Positions 10,668 to 21,141 of a stretch of DNA of 64,000 nt are shown one piece after another. The notes under the pieces were generated by a model. It was not told where the DNA came from. It saw nothing but the letters and a program-made list of their open reading frames with translations, and made no database searches. The first letter of the stretch is position 1. Each line of letters begins with the position of its first letter. The stretch comes from Candidatus Obscuribacteraceae bacterium (GTDB taxonomy: Bacteria > Cyanobacteriota > Vampirovibrionia > Obscuribacterales > Obscuribacteraceae), in assembly GCA_044226015.1 (NCBI GenBank), contig JBGAHS010000004.1, forward strand, positions 224,001 through 288,000, read 5' to 3'. The translations under genes and the position numbers were made by a program.

Positions 10668-11039
10668 CTATTCGAGGACGACTTTGCTGCGTGAAAAGTC
10701 GAGTGTAAGTTTTCGTCCTGACAAAAACTTTTCGCCAATTATTGCCCGATTTTTAATTCCACCGAGCACGACTACCTGATGAGGCTCGCCGCCCAGTGCC
10801 ATCGTGCCGAGATAATGGTCCATCAGTACCGTCTGGAAACCCACAACAACTCTGCGTGAGCCAAGCCTTCTCCAGCCCAGGCGCACAGCCAGCTCTTCGT
10901 TAATTGCCATGGCTCCGCCATATTCCAGAGACACAGCAGCTTCCACTTCTACTTCTAAGCCGTCTGCTGCAATAACAATAACCGGCAGCAAAACTTTACC
11001 TGCCTCATCTATGCGACCCTGGATTACCGAATTTCTCAA
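10668..11039 (-). CDS. Clan AA (retropepsin-like) protein lacking the catalytic DTG motif
   Basis: IQGRID...LPVIVI...EVEAAVSLEYGGAMAI..ELAVRLGW...AIIG..FL pattern matches small clan AA proteases, but SLEY stands where DTGF is expected. Confidence 0.55.
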   Translation of the reverse strand: MRNSVIQGRIDEAGKVLLPVIVIAADGLEVEVEAAVSLEYGGAMAINEELAVRLGWRRLGSRRVVVGFQTVLMDHYLGTMALGGEPHQVVVLGGIKNRAIIGEKFLSGRKLTLDFSRSKVVLE

Positions 11040-11060
11040 GAACCTGACCCTTTTGACGGA

Positions 11061-11324
11061 TTAACAAAGAGTGTCTACAGCCGGATTATCGCTCAGCCTG
11101 TATGCGAAGAACTGCGAGCGTGGATGTTTCTTTCTCGCTCTATTCAAAACCTCATAGTCGTCCAAACCAATGAAATAATCACCTGTCTCCGGCTCAATAG
11201 CCACGATCCAGTCCTTATAGCGCTCTCCCAGCTCGGTGTAGAGCCGTTCGAAGGTCGGAAAACAAAGGCGGTCCAATTCTTCCCTTGAATAAATCTTAGT
11301 TTCCCGTGATTCTGGTTGACCCAT
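11061..11324 (-). CDS. Small hypothetical protein (DUF5678-like)
   Basis: ERYKDWIVAIEPETGDYFIG...ARKKHP...FFAYRL, typical of the small partner genes of clan AA protease genes. Confidence 0.55.
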   Translation of the reverse strand: MGQPESRETKIYSREELDRLCFPTFERLYTELGERYKDWIVAIEPETGDYFIGLDDYEVLNRARKKHPRSQFFAYRLSDNPAVDTLC

Positions 11325-11646
11325 GATGCTTACCGAATGTTTCGTTGTTAGAACGATAGTAATATTGCTTGAAATGCTCTGAACGCTGCCAAGAGAAAGC
11401 GGTTTGAGACTTTAGTCAATTATAACGTCAGACTGCCTTGAATCATTCCTCTTGGCGTCAATCCTTCATTATGATAGCCTTTAGCTCTTGTTTCAGAGTA
11501 GAAGCCAGAGCAGGCGCCGTTTATTTTAAGACTGCTGGGAACACCAGACACTCAATTAAGTCTTTCAAATAGAGGAAAAAACGCGAGCGACTCAGTCATT
11601 CTTGTGATTAGTCGAACAGGAAATCAGGCAGGAAATCAGGCTAGGA

Positions 11647-14600
11647 ATGGTTCAGGAGCCGCTAACCAGAGAATCAGTCGAAGAGCCGCAGCCTGCAGAC
11701 GAATCCAGGCTGAAATTTCGCATCATCCTTAAGTTCTTTGCAATGTGGCTGAGCTCTCTTGCAGTGCTTGTAGTTATTGCCTTGTTAAGCAACATAGAAT
11801 GGGCTCGTCGACACATCGAGACGGCTCTGCGCCAATCATTTCATCGCCAGGTGCATCTTGGGCGCTTGAGTTGGAGCTTTGGTTTGCAGGGCTTAGCGAT
11901 AGATACCGATCGGCTAGAATTGAAAGAAGAGAAAACCGGGGCGCCTTTTATCAGTTCCGGACCATCTGAAATTGGTATTGCCGTCTTACCGCTTTTGCAA
12001 AAGAAGCTGGTTGTAAAACATCTCGAATTTGAGAAGCCTGAAGTTTGGGCAATCAAATTAGACGCAAAGCGTTGGAACTTCAGCGATTTAATTACTGAGG
12101 GACCGGAAATAAGAATGCTGCGTATTGAAGATGGTCAGCTTCATCTTCTCAACCATGACTTGAAGACTTTGAATCCAACTGTTGAGGGCAATTGGCAAAA
12201 GTATGACTTGAAGAACATCAAGTTGTCCCTCACGCTGCCGAAAAACAATCGTACCTGGCCAGCGTTTCTATCTTTCAAGCTTCCTGTTAAAGACGACTCA
12301 GGGCATGACTATGATTGCTCTGTGCGACTTTCTGCAACGGGCAAAGGTCCGTTTGATGCGTGGAACAAAAACAAATATACAGTTGATCTGCAGCTGCAAA
12401 AATTTGACCCATCGAAGTTTCGTCCCCTTCTCACTAAGTTGCCGAAATTGCGCGGCATTTGTGATCTCACATTAAAAGGCAGCGGAATATTTGACGAGGG
12501 ATTTTCAGCCACTGCAGATGGTGGCGTATCTGATTTGCGTCTTGAGACTGCCGAGCATAAAGAACTAGTAATTGCGTCAACCAAGCTGTCTAGCAATCTC
12601 ATGATCAGTCCAGGAGATTTGCGCTGGACAAATCTAAATGTAGGGCTGCAAGAATGGCAGCTGAATTCTGACGGTTCACTTTCTGACTGGCAAACTGACT
12701 CTTTCGCGTATAAGGCGCGCATTGGTGGACAGCTCAGTGACCTGAAGGGATTCTTCAACACTGTAGTTTCCAGGTTCTTGCCAGATCAAGCTGCGGCAAA
12801 ATCTAATGCTACCGACAATAAACTCAGCAAGATTGAGAAAGCCACGAAAAATGGAGAGCTTGCTGGCAAAGCAACAATTGAGCTGCATTTAAATGGAAAC
12901 AAGACTAATCAAACTGTGGCGACAAACATAAAGGCTGACGGTATTCCACTTGCGCAGTTGGTCGATGATGAGATGGCTAGTGGTGTTATAGAAGCCTTCA
13001 AGTTAAATCCTGATGCACCCATTCGTGGCGAGTTGAGCATAGACCCTGGCAAGAAACTGGAATTGAAAGATCTGGAAATTCCAATGGAAGATTCCAAAAT
13101 TCATCTCTCTGGTTTTGTCGATACAGTCACACGCGCCACTGAAATTGAGTTCAATGCTGACAATCTGAGCTTCGATACTTTCAAGAAACGAATTGGTGAA
13201 AAAAATGAACTCATCAAAGCAATATGCGGACCCAGTGGAAAAAACAAAGGCTATTATGTCGCTGGTAATCTGGACATAAAGGGCAGTTATAAATCTGATG
13301 GAGTCAAGGATGCAGTGATTCAAGTTGACTCCAACTTGAAAGGGCTGAAGCTAACCAGAGTTGATTCCAAAACCCCTGCCGCCACGGGCATCAAAGGGCA
13401 GATCAATTACTCTAATGATCGTGTGGACATCAAGCAACTCTCTGGTAGCACCATCTTCTCTCCGACAGATTCGGGTGATTTCGCTCTGAGTGGTTCTTTC
13501 AATCCAAAAAATTCGAAAAATGGATTGCTAGATCTCAAAGCTCATGGAGTGAATATCGCCACTTTGAAGGAATGGTCCAATCGGTTCAATATAAACCTGC
13601 AAGAACGTGGCTTTGACAGAATTGCGGGAGATCTGCACGAACTAAAAGCGCATGCAGAGTTAAAAAACGGACAGGTCGCTAGCACCTTCACGATTAACCC
13701 CTCTGACCTGTATGTGAATTTAGCTGGAACTGGAAAGGCGAACGAATCTAATCAACTAAGATTGAGTTCTGGAGTTATAAGTTATGAAGGTAATGAACTC
13801 AAAGTTGATGATGTGGTGCTGAGTAGCCGAGCCGGCAAATTAACTCTTGATGCAGGACTCTCTGGCGCTCTCGATGCACTTAAATTTCGTTGGGCCAAAA
13901 TCAGAACCGATGGATATGAACTGGCTGACTTGCACAGTGTGTGGCGAAGCAACATGGCTACTCCGCCCGCGAAATCTGCCAGTACGGCTGTAGCCAGCAA
14001 TAATGTCTTGCCTTCATTCTTGACGCCATCAAACAATTCGCAGTTACATGGAAAGGTTTATGGTGAAATGCAATTCTCTGCAAGTGGTGCCAACGCTGTT
14101 TCTGGCGTTGTGGGCTTCAGCAACGCAGGAGGTCGTTTTGGTAAGACTCAAGTCGCCGTTGAAAAATTGACAGGTGTTGCAGTGATAACAAAAGACCAGA
14201 TTGTGTTGCAGGACACGACAGGTCAAATTGGAAAGAGTACCTTTAATCTTGATGGAACAATGAGCAATTACGCTCAGGCAAATTGCAACTGGCAGGGACA
14301 ATTGCGGGGACAGTTCTATCCTGATGAAGTTGACGCGATTATGGATAATTTGGGGCATGGAATTGCTTTGTCCTCCAGGCAAAATGAAGCCCTTTCTCTG
14401 CGAGTCACCGGCAATGGTGACATGCGCAGTGCAAATCTGAAATTTAGAGGACGAGCCGCCGCGACACAGGTTTTGAATCTGAAGACTGCTTTTGGTGTGT
14501 TTCGTCAACCGAAAGGACGCCCACTGGATTTTCAGGGCGGGCTGAAGGTCGATGACGCGCAGTCAGAACTGGTTTTGAACGACTTTCAAATGAACTCTGC

Positions 14601-15834
14601 TAGTGAGGTTCTTCACGCAGATGGAGCCTTCCGCTGGGCGAATGAAACTGCGGAGAAGCCGGCTTCTCTCTCGTTCGCATTGAAGACACCAAGCCCCGTA
14701 AAGACAGCGACTCTTGTCGAAATAACATCGCAGAAACCATCAACTGAACCGATTCAGATTGGTGGCACTTCTGACCTTAATCTCAAGGTTGAGGGGCCGG
14801 TGAATGACCTCGTTTTGACGGGGAATATTTCGCTGGATAAGAACACGATGCCCAGCATCCACATGGATAATCTAACGGGCAAGCTTGATTTACCCGGTTG
14901 GCATTTCAACAAGTCCGGAAATGATTCCGCTGTTTCAATTGCAAAATTGCAATTGAAGTCTCTAAATCTTGGTGGTCTTGCTTTAAGAGAAGCAAACACC
15001 ACGCTCTCTTTGGAAGGAAACAAAATAAGTTTCAAGGACTTTCAAGCCGCCATGTCTGGTGGCAAGGTCAATATTTCAGGTTATGCCAACACAGATACTC
15101 AGAGTTTTCATGCTGAGATAAACGCGTCGAAGTTGGTTGTTGATGAGTTGGTGAAAGATTTGATTGATCACTCTGGTGGTGTCACAGGTCTTGCTGATGT
15201 AAGTTTGTCTATCGACAAAATTCCTGGTGAAGAGAAAAGCGGAAGCCTGACAGGAAGCGGAAAATTCAACATTTATCAGGGCTCTGTTGCCAGCTTTGGA
15301 AAGTTGCAGGTCAAACTAAATGAAGCCAACCTATTGCAACAGGGTCTATTTGGTTTCAACGTAAACAACTTACTGCAAGCAATGATGCCTGTCAATTCTG
15401 GTCAGTTCAATGAAGTTTCGGGTGACCTGCGCATGTCGAATGGCTCAATTCAGTTTGAACAAGTGCGATTCGAGGGCAACAATTTGCGAATGCGTGCAGC
15501 AGGCAGATTCGATTATCTAGGTCGAAGTATGGAGGTTGCTGTTGCAGGTGATATCCCTCGTGTCAGCTCAAGTTTGATTCCTGGTCCGATTGGTGAAATG
15601 TCGCGCAAAGTGACTCTGCAACGTATGTTCCGTATCGTCACTTTCAAAAAGCTGAAAGACTTACCTGCGCTTCCACTACTTGGAGACCTTGCGAATGATG
15701 ACCCTCGAGCATTTGCATTTTCTGTTAGTACTAGCACTGAGTCTCCTAAACTTATCACTCAGGCGGTAGAGAAATCATTCAAGTGGCTGCCAAACAAACC
15801 TTTTGCGTCTGCGCACCCTGTTCCCGGTATCTAG
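11647..15834 (+). CDS. Large AsmA-like (AsmA/YhdP/TamB superfamily) envelope protein
   Basis: Single N-terminal TM helix, AsmA-like N-terminus (PLLQKKLVVKHLEFEKPEV...WNFSDL), long beta-rich body, AsmA_2-like C-terminus. Confidence 0.75.
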   Translation: MVQEPLTRESVEEPQPADESRLKFRIILKFFAMWLSSLAVLVVIALLSNIEWARRHIETALRQSFHRQVHLGRLSWSFGLQGLAIDTDRLELKEEKTGAPFISSGPSEIGIAVLPLLQKKLVVKHLEFEKPEVWAIKLDAKRWNFSDLITEGPEIRMLRIEDGQLHLLNHDLKTLNPTVEGNWQKYDLKNIKLSLTLPKNNRTWPAFLSFKLPVKDDSGHDYDCSVRLSATGKGPFDAWNKNKYTVDLQLQKFDPSKFRPLLTKLPKLRGICDLTLKGSGIFDEGFSATADGGVSDLRLETAEHKELVIASTKLSSNLMISPGDLRWTNLNVGLQEWQLNSDGSLSDWQTDSFAYKARIGGQLSDLKGFFNTVVSRFLPDQAAAKSNATDNKLSKIEKATKNGELAGKATIELHLNGNKTNQTVATNIKADGIPLAQLVDDEMASGVIEAFKLNPDAPIRGELSIDPGKKLELKDLEIPMEDSKIHLSGFVDTVTRATEIEFNADNLSFDTFKKRIGEKNELIKAICGPSGKNKGYYVAGNLDIKGSYKSDGVKDAVIQVDSNLKGLKLTRVDSKTPAATGIKGQINYSNDRVDIKQLSGSTIFSPTDSGDFALSGSFNPKNSKNGLLDLKAHGVNIATLKEWSNRFNINLQERGFDRIAGDLHELKAHAELKNGQVASTFTINPSDLYVNLAGTGKANESNQLRLSSGVISYEGNELKVDDVVLSSRAGKLTLDAGLSGALDALKFRWAKIRTDGYELADLHSVWRSNMATPPAKSASTAVASNNVLPSFLTPSNNSQLHGKVYGEMQFSASGANAVSGVVGFSNAGGRFGKTQVAVEKLTGVAVITKDQIVLQDTTGQIGKSTFNLDGTMSNYAQANCNWQGQLRGQFYPDEVDAIMDNLGHGIALSSRQNEALSLRVTGNGDMRSANLKFRGRAAATQVLNLKTAFGVFRQPKGRPLDFQGGLKVDDAQSELVLNDFQMNSASEVLHADGAFRWANETAEKPASLSFALKTPSPVKTATLVEITSQKPSTEPIQIGGTSDLNLKVEGPVNDLVLTGNISLDKNTMPSIHMDNLTGKLDLPGWHFNKSGNDSAVSIAKLQLKSLNLGGLALREANTTLSLEGNKISFKDFQAAMSGGKVNISGYANTDTQSFHAEINASKLVVDELVKDLIDHSGGVTGLADVSLSIDKIPGEEKSGSLTGSGKFNIYQGSVASFGKLQVKLNEANLLQQGLFGFNVNNLLQAMMPVNSGQFNEVSGDLRMSNGSIQFEQVRFEGNNLRMRAAGRFDYLGRSMEVAVAGDIPRVSSSLIPGPIGEMSRKVTLQRMFRIVTFKKLKDLPALPLLGDLANDDPRAFAFSVSTSTESPKLITQAVEKSFKWLPNKPFASAHPVPGI

Positions 15835-15858
15835 TTTAGTTGATAGGAGATCAAATAC

Positions 15859-16557
15859 GTGAAAGCTTTTTCGATGGCTCTATCGTTGTTAGTACTTTGT
15901 TCTGTACCTGTTCTTGCTGCTCCCTCTGCAGCACCTGGCTCACCTGCAGCTAAGTCGACTGCCGCTAAGTCCACTGCCGCTGGTGCGGAGCTTGCAGATG
16001 AGAAGGCGTGCCGAAAATTTGTACAAGAGTTTTACGATTGGTACTTGAAGCAATCCAAGCGTGACGATAACAAGGACGATCCAAGTTCTACTGCGCTCAA
16101 AACAAGAAAGGACTCGTTTGATCCGCCTTTGATCAAGAAGCTGGAAGAAGATGAGGCTGCATCAGCGAAGTCACCCGATGAAATTGTTGGACTAGATTTT
16201 GATCCTTTCATGAATGCTCAAGATGTTCCTGAAAGCTACACAACTGGTAAAGTGGCAAGGAAAGGACAGTCTTATCTTGTCGAAGTCTACGGCAAATGGA
16301 CAGGCGACAACAGCAAAAATCGCAAGCCCGATGTCAGACCAGAACTTGTTTATCGCAACAATCACTTTGTGTTTGTAAACTTCCTCTATCCACCATCTGA
16401 TATTCCAGTGAATGCTGATTTGATAAGTGTTCTCAACGAACTTAAACGATCTCGCGATGAGGACAAGAAGTCTGCTTCGAACAAGGCTGTGAAGAGCAAA
16501 ACGTCCTCGTCAGCGAAATCAGCAGCAAGTAAGCCAGCTGGCAAATCCTCAAAATAA
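15859..16557 (+). CDS. Secreted DUF3828/YbjP-like protein
   Basis: Signal peptide; FVQEFYDWY and GLDFDPFMNAQD motifs; AGGAG RBS before GTG. Confidence 0.7.
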   Translation: MKAFSMALSLLVLCSVPVLAAPSAAPGSPAAKSTAAKSTAAGAELADEKACRKFVQEFYDWYLKQSKRDDNKDDPSSTALKTRKDSFDPPLIKKLEEDEAASAKSPDEIVGLDFDPFMNAQDVPESYTTGKVARKGQSYLVEVYGKWTGDNSKNRKPDVRPELVYRNNHFVFVNFLYPPSDIPVNADLISVLNELKRSRDEDKKSASNKAVKSKTSSSAKSAASKPAGKSSK

Positions 16558-16827
16558 AGACGCATCTTTTTGAGTCTGTCGCTTAGCGTGGAACATTTGC
16601 ACTCGAAAAGAAATCTATACCTATGTGAGCGATTATCGCCAAACCTGGTGCTTCGTTGATTTTCATTGAAGGAAATCGCTAAAACGCCGAAATATGCAAA
16701 ACATATGCTAGTCTGATGGCGATTTGCAGACATTGTCAGCAAATCAACGACAGTCGTCGTCGTGCAGTGACAAGCTTTCTAGCTTGTTTTGCGTAATTGT
16801 CAATATAGGAGTGTGAAGGACTAGCTT

Positions 16828-18888
16828 ATGAAATCATCCAGCCTGGTTCGCAATACTGTGCTTGTATCGTTTGCCTTTTCAATGCTGGCAGCGCAGGCTG
16901 CCAGCTCAGTGGTATCTGAAAAAGAACCAAAAATTCCACGCTTTTCAGTGGAAAACATGGACAAAAGTGTTGATCCAGGAAAAGACTTTTACATGTATGC
17001 AAACGGATCTTGGGTGAAGAATAATCCTGTTCCCGCTGACAAATCGCGCTGGGGTAGTTTTGGTGAATTGGCAGAGCGAAACAATTACCTTATTCACGGT
17101 ATTTTGGAAGAAGCTAAGAATGATGCTAATGCCAAGCCTGGCACTCCAAAAAAGGAAGTCGGCGATTTGTTCGCATCTGCGATGAATACAGCTAAGTTGG
17201 AGGAACTGAAGTTCAAGCCTATCGAAGCTGATCTTGCCAAAATTGATGCAGTGAAAAATGCTGATGATTTGATCAAGCTTCTAGCTTTCTTCCATAAAAA
17301 TGGCTATGGTGGCATTTTTTACAATGAAGTTTCTCCGGACGCAAAAGACTCTTCAATTTATGCTTTTCAATTGAGTCAGGGTGGGCTTTCCTTGCCCGAT
17401 CGTGATTACTATCTTTCCGATAGTTTCAGCAAGCAAAAGGAAGCATATGTCGCTCATGTGACCAAAATGTTGACACTTCTCGGTGAGACGCAGGAAGATG
17501 CAGCAAAACATGCAGCTACTATTTTATCTCTTGAAACCGAGTTAGCAAAGGCTAGTCGCTCTCGAGTAGATTTGCGGGATCCGATCAAGAACTACAATAA
17601 AGTTAAGACTGCAGATCTGATCGCTGGCGCACCTAACTTGCCATGGAAGCTCTATCTCTCAGACAGAGACATTGCCTCGGTTCCTTACGTGATTGTTGGG
17701 CAGCCCGAATTCTTCACGGCAGTCAACAACATGTTGAAAGACCGTCCAATCTCTGAATGGAAGACCTACATGCGTTGGAAAATTCTGCACGCTGCTGCAC
17801 CATTTTTGCATGATGCTGTTGAAACCGAGAACTTCAATTTCTTTGGCAAGACACTGTCTGGTCAGCTAGAGCAAGAGCCACGCTGGAAGCGAGCTTCCAA
17901 AGTCATTAATGATTCTATTGGTGAAGCACTTGGAGAACTTTATGTAGAGAAGTACTTCCCTGCTGAAGCCAAAGCCAGAATGGCTGAACTCGTAAACAAT
18001 CTGCGCGAAGTGTTCAAAGATCGTTTGCAACACCTTTCCTGGATGAGTGATGAAACTCGTGGAAAGGCCCTGGCGAAATTTGATCGCTTTACTCAAAAGA
18101 TTGGTCACCCTGATAAGTTCAGAGATTATTCGTCCGTCGAAATTAAGCGTGACGACTATCTAGGAAACGTTAAGAGAGCAGATGCTTTTGATACCCAGCG
18201 CAGGCTGGTTCGAGTTGGCAAACCTGTAGATAAGTCAGAATGGGAAATGACACCACCTACGGTGAATGCTTATTTTAATCCATTGTTCAATGAAATTGTA
18301 TTTCCAGCTGGAATTCTGCAACCACCTTTCTTTGACCTGAGTCTTGATGATGCTGTCAACTATGGTGCAATTGGCGCAGTCATCGGACACGAAATTACAC
18401 ACGGCTACGATGATGAAGGTCGGCACTACGACGCGAATGGCAACCTGGTTGAGTGGTGGACTGAGAAAGATTCGAAGGAATTTGAGGACCGAGCACAAAA
18501 GGTTGTCGACGAATACGACAAGTTTGAAGCTCTTCCAGGTCTGCACGTTAACGGCAAGCTAACCCTGGGAGAAAACATTGCCGACCTTGGTGGAGTAAGC
18601 ATCGCGTACGATGCACTTCAGAGAGCCTTGAAGAAAGACCCATCGAAGCGAAAGAACATCGATGGACTCACCCCAGAGCAACGCTTCTTCCTCTCCTTTG
18701 GTCAAATCTGGCACACAAATATTCGTGATGCCGAAGCGAAGCGTTTGGTTACGGTTGACCCCCACTCTCCAGGACGATTCCGCTCCTATGGACCGCTCGT
18801 TAATTTTCAGGAATTCTACGATGCCTTTGGTATTAAAGAAGGTGCTCCTCTCTGGCGGAAGGATACTGAGAGAGCAAAGATTTGGTAA
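16828..18888 (+). CDS. Secreted M13 family (neprilysin/PepO-like) metallopeptidase
   Basis: Signal peptide; VNAYF, FPAGILQPPFF, HEITH zinc motif, GENIAD, DPHSP. Confidence 0.95.
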   Translation: MKSSSLVRNTVLVSFAFSMLAAQAASSVVSEKEPKIPRFSVENMDKSVDPGKDFYMYANGSWVKNNPVPADKSRWGSFGELAERNNYLIHGILEEAKNDANAKPGTPKKEVGDLFASAMNTAKLEELKFKPIEADLAKIDAVKNADDLIKLLAFFHKNGYGGIFYNEVSPDAKDSSIYAFQLSQGGLSLPDRDYYLSDSFSKQKEAYVAHVTKMLTLLGETQEDAAKHAATILSLETELAKASRSRVDLRDPIKNYNKVKTADLIAGAPNLPWKLYLSDRDIASVPYVIVGQPEFFTAVNNMLKDRPISEWKTYMRWKILHAAAPFLHDAVETENFNFFGKTLSGQLEQEPRWKRASKVINDSIGEALGELYVEKYFPAEAKARMAELVNNLREVFKDRLQHLSWMSDETRGKALAKFDRFTQKIGHPDKFRDYSSVEIKRDDYLGNVKRADAFDTQRRLVRVGKPVDKSEWEMTPPTVNAYFNPLFNEIVFPAGILQPPFFDLSLDDAVNYGAIGAVIGHEITHGYDDEGRHYDANGNLVEWWTEKDSKEFEDRAQKVVDEYDKFEALPGLHVNGKLTLGENIADLGGVSIAYDALQRALKKDPSKRKNIDGLTPEQRFFLSFGQIWHTNIRDAEAKRLVTVDPHSPGRFRSYGPLVNFQEFYDAFGIKEGAPLWRKDTERAKIW

Positions 18889-18922
18889 TTGCGAAACTGA
18901 AGTTATTTGAAAGAAATTGAAG

Positions 18923-18954
18923 AGAAACGCCGCAGAAATGCGGCGTTTCTTTTT
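18923..18954. terminator. Probably bidirectional intrinsic terminator between convergent genes
   Basis: AGAAACGCCGCA-gaaa-TGCGGCGTTTCT followed by TTTT. Confidence 0.85.
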
Positions 18955-18993
18955 GCTGATACTAAAAGGTTGGAAATTTTCTGTGCCAGCAGT

Positions 18994-20034
18994 TTAAACC
19001 CTAACCACTAACTTACCCAGATTCTTCCCTTCAAAAAGGCTGTTTAGTGCCTCTGGAAGTTGCTCAAATCCATCAACCACTGTCTCTTCAAAGACAATTT
19101 CGCCGTCTTTTACCCAGGGAGATACTACAGCCAACATTTCATCCATTCTGTGGTTGTAGTCTCTCGCGAGCACGCCTTGAATTGTTGCTCTTTGAAACAG
19201 CATATGTTGTAAGAAACGTGGTCCCAATTCTGGCTTATCGAGTTTTCCATCGTACTGACTGATGGCTCCGCATATAATCACACGCGCTCTAAGCTTGATA
19301 TTGCTCATAACGGCGTCTGTGATCATTCCGCCCACATTATCAAAGTAGATATCAACGCCGCCTGTTTTCTTTGCAATTTCTTCGGACATTGATTCCAGGG
19401 TTTTGAATTGTCGATAATCGATTGCGCCGTCGAGCCCCAATTTTTTTGTTAAGAACTCACACTTCTCGCTACCGCCAGCAATACCATAAACCTTACAGCC
19501 GGCTTTCTTGCCGAATTGCACAACTAGCGAGCCCACAGCTCCGGCTGCTCCCGATACGAGAAGTGTTTCTCCCGGTTTCGGTTTTCCTGAATCCATCAAT
19601 CCGAACCATGCAGTTCTTCCCGGCATTCCAAGCACACCAAGCGCAGTGCTAACTGGTGCTGCAGCTGCATCGATTTTCTTGAGTTCGCTGGCATGACATT
19701 TTGCGTATTTTTGCCAGCCGCTGTATGCTAGAACCCAATCGCCCTCGGCAAAGTCTTTGCTTGCGCTTTGTTTAACCTGTCCGACAACACCAGCTCTCTG
19801 CACGATACCAATGGGGTGTGGGGCTTCCCATGTGTTTCTCTCAGCTTGTTGAATTCGCATGTATGGGTCAACGCTGATGTATTTCGCTTCCAATATCACT
19901 TCGTTCACTGCTAAAGCAGTGTTTAGCTCCGTTTCTCTGAGTTCATAATGTTCATTGGAAACACGACCATCCGGACGTTTTACGTAATACCATTGCTTGT
20001 TAGTGATGCTGGAATTTGCTGTTTGCGATGGCAT
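18994..20034 (-). CDS. NADP-dependent oxidoreductase (MDR superfamily, CurA/prostaglandin reductase-like)
   Basis: YISVDPYMR, LGVLGMPGRTAWFGL, VSGAAGAVGS, YFDNVGG, CGAISQY, GKNLGKLVV; ATG at 20034 behind GAGGGA. Confidence 0.9.
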   Translation of the reverse strand: MPSQTANSSITNKQWYYVKRPDGRVSNEHYELRETELNTALAVNEVILEAKYISVDPYMRIQQAERNTWEAPHPIGIVQRAGVVGQVKQSASKDFAEGDWVLAYSGWQKYAKCHASELKKIDAAAAPVSTALGVLGMPGRTAWFGLMDSGKPKPGETLLVSGAAGAVGSLVVQFGKKAGCKVYGIAGGSEKCEFLTKKLGLDGAIDYRQFKTLESMSEEIAKKTGGVDIYFDNVGGMITDAVMSNIKLRARVIICGAISQYDGKLDKPELGPRFLQHMLFQRATIQGVLARDYNHRMDEMLAVVSPWVKDGEIVFEETVVDGFEQLPEALNSLFEGKNLGKLVVRV

Positions 20035-20272
20035 TAACTGTCCCTCTATAGATGCAGGCTCGATCTTAGAGCAATCGTCGAATTCCAAGCCAAATTTCAT
20101 CTGAATCGCAACTCAAAGTAACATTATTCAGTGTGGAAGCGACTCCAGCAGTAGCGAGTTAGTAAAAGAAGTCCTCTGGGTTTCTTCAAGTTTTGATTTC
20201 TTCGCCTTTGCAGTTTTGAAGTTAGCAACAAGATTGTGTAATCTTGCTGTTAACTTCTTGCGAGAGAATCGT

Positions 20273-20881
20273 ATGGCAGTTTTTGAAAAGGTGTATGAAA
20301 TTGTTCGACAGGTTCCTAAAGGTAACGTCGTTACTTACGGAACGATATCTAAAATGCTGGGAGGTGCTCTGACGGCTCAGGGGGTGGGCTGGGCACTCAA
20401 AGCGCTTTCTCCGCTACCAACTCCGGAGAAGAAATATTCGTCATTGAATGTGCCCTGGTACAGAGTGGTGAATTCGAAGGGGGGCATCAGCACTCCTGTA
20501 TCGGGTGACGAGCCAGATTCGCAAAAGCGCTTATTGCAAGCCGAAGGTGTGCGTTTTAATCGGGAAAGTGGTTTGATCGATTTGTCGAAATACGAATGGC
20601 AATTTCGTGAGTTTGATGGAGCTGTTATTGGAGTAAAAATAACGGTAAAGAAAAAGAAGTCTGCAGAAAGCAGCGCAAAAACGTTGGACGCATCTAAGAA
20701 AGTGCCGGCTGCTAAGAAAGTGCCGGCTGCTAAGAAAGTGCCGGCTGCTAAGAAAGTGCCGGCTGCTAAGAAAGTGCCGGCTGCTAAGAAAGTGTCGGCT
20801 GCTAAGAAAGCGCAGGCTGCTAAGAAAGCGCCGACTACAAAAAAAGTGCAGCCAACGAAGAGAACCAAAAAGAGGTTGTAG
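20273..20881 (+). CDS. Alkyltransferase-like (ATL/YbaZ, MGMT family) protein with histone H1-like basic tail
   Basis: VRQVPKGNVVTYG, QGVGWAL, VPWYRVVNSKG (Trp replaces the MGMT Cys), QKRLLQAEGV; C-terminal (KKVPAA)n. Confidence 0.85.
   Translation: MAVFEKVYEIVRQVPKGNVVTYGTISKMLGGALTAQGVGWALKALSPLPTPEKKYSSLNVPWYRVVNSKGGISTPVSGDEPDSQKRLLQAEGVRFNRESGLIDLSKYEWQFREFDGAVIGVKITVKKKKSAESSAKTLDASKKVPAAKKVPAAKKVPAAKKVPAAKKVPAAKKVSAAKKAQAAKKAPTTKKVQPTKRTKKRL
20696..20839 (+). repeat. 18-bp coding tandem repeat AAGAAAGTGCCGGCTGCT (KKVPAA)
   Basis: 5 identical copies followed by about 3 degenerate copies. Confidence 0.95.
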
Positions 20882-21141
20882 TCCGCCTGGAGGAAGACTC
20901 GTCCGCGGAAAGCATTCACGCCACGAAACCTCTACTCTGTAAGCAACCCCCAGTTTGAAAAAAATGCCCCTTTCGCATAAGCAGTTTTCAGCGCTAAGCG
21001 AACAGCGCTTGTGCTTTCTCCTCCTCTGCGATCGGCGCCACCTGACATGTCGACGCTGAGCAGTGTCTGAGCCTGCCTCGCTTCATGCAAAGTGGACCCG
21101 AAAGTGTTAGATTTAGAATCGAAGCTGATTAGAGGTCGCCA

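Noticed and set aside
11617..11641. CAGGAAATCAGG duplicated upstream of the AsmA-like gene
   Set aside because: Only two copies of 12 bp; consistent with simple slippage
20377..20919. Antisense 180-aa ORF with FLAAGT repeats
   Set aside because: Mirror of the KKVPAA repeat in the ATL gene
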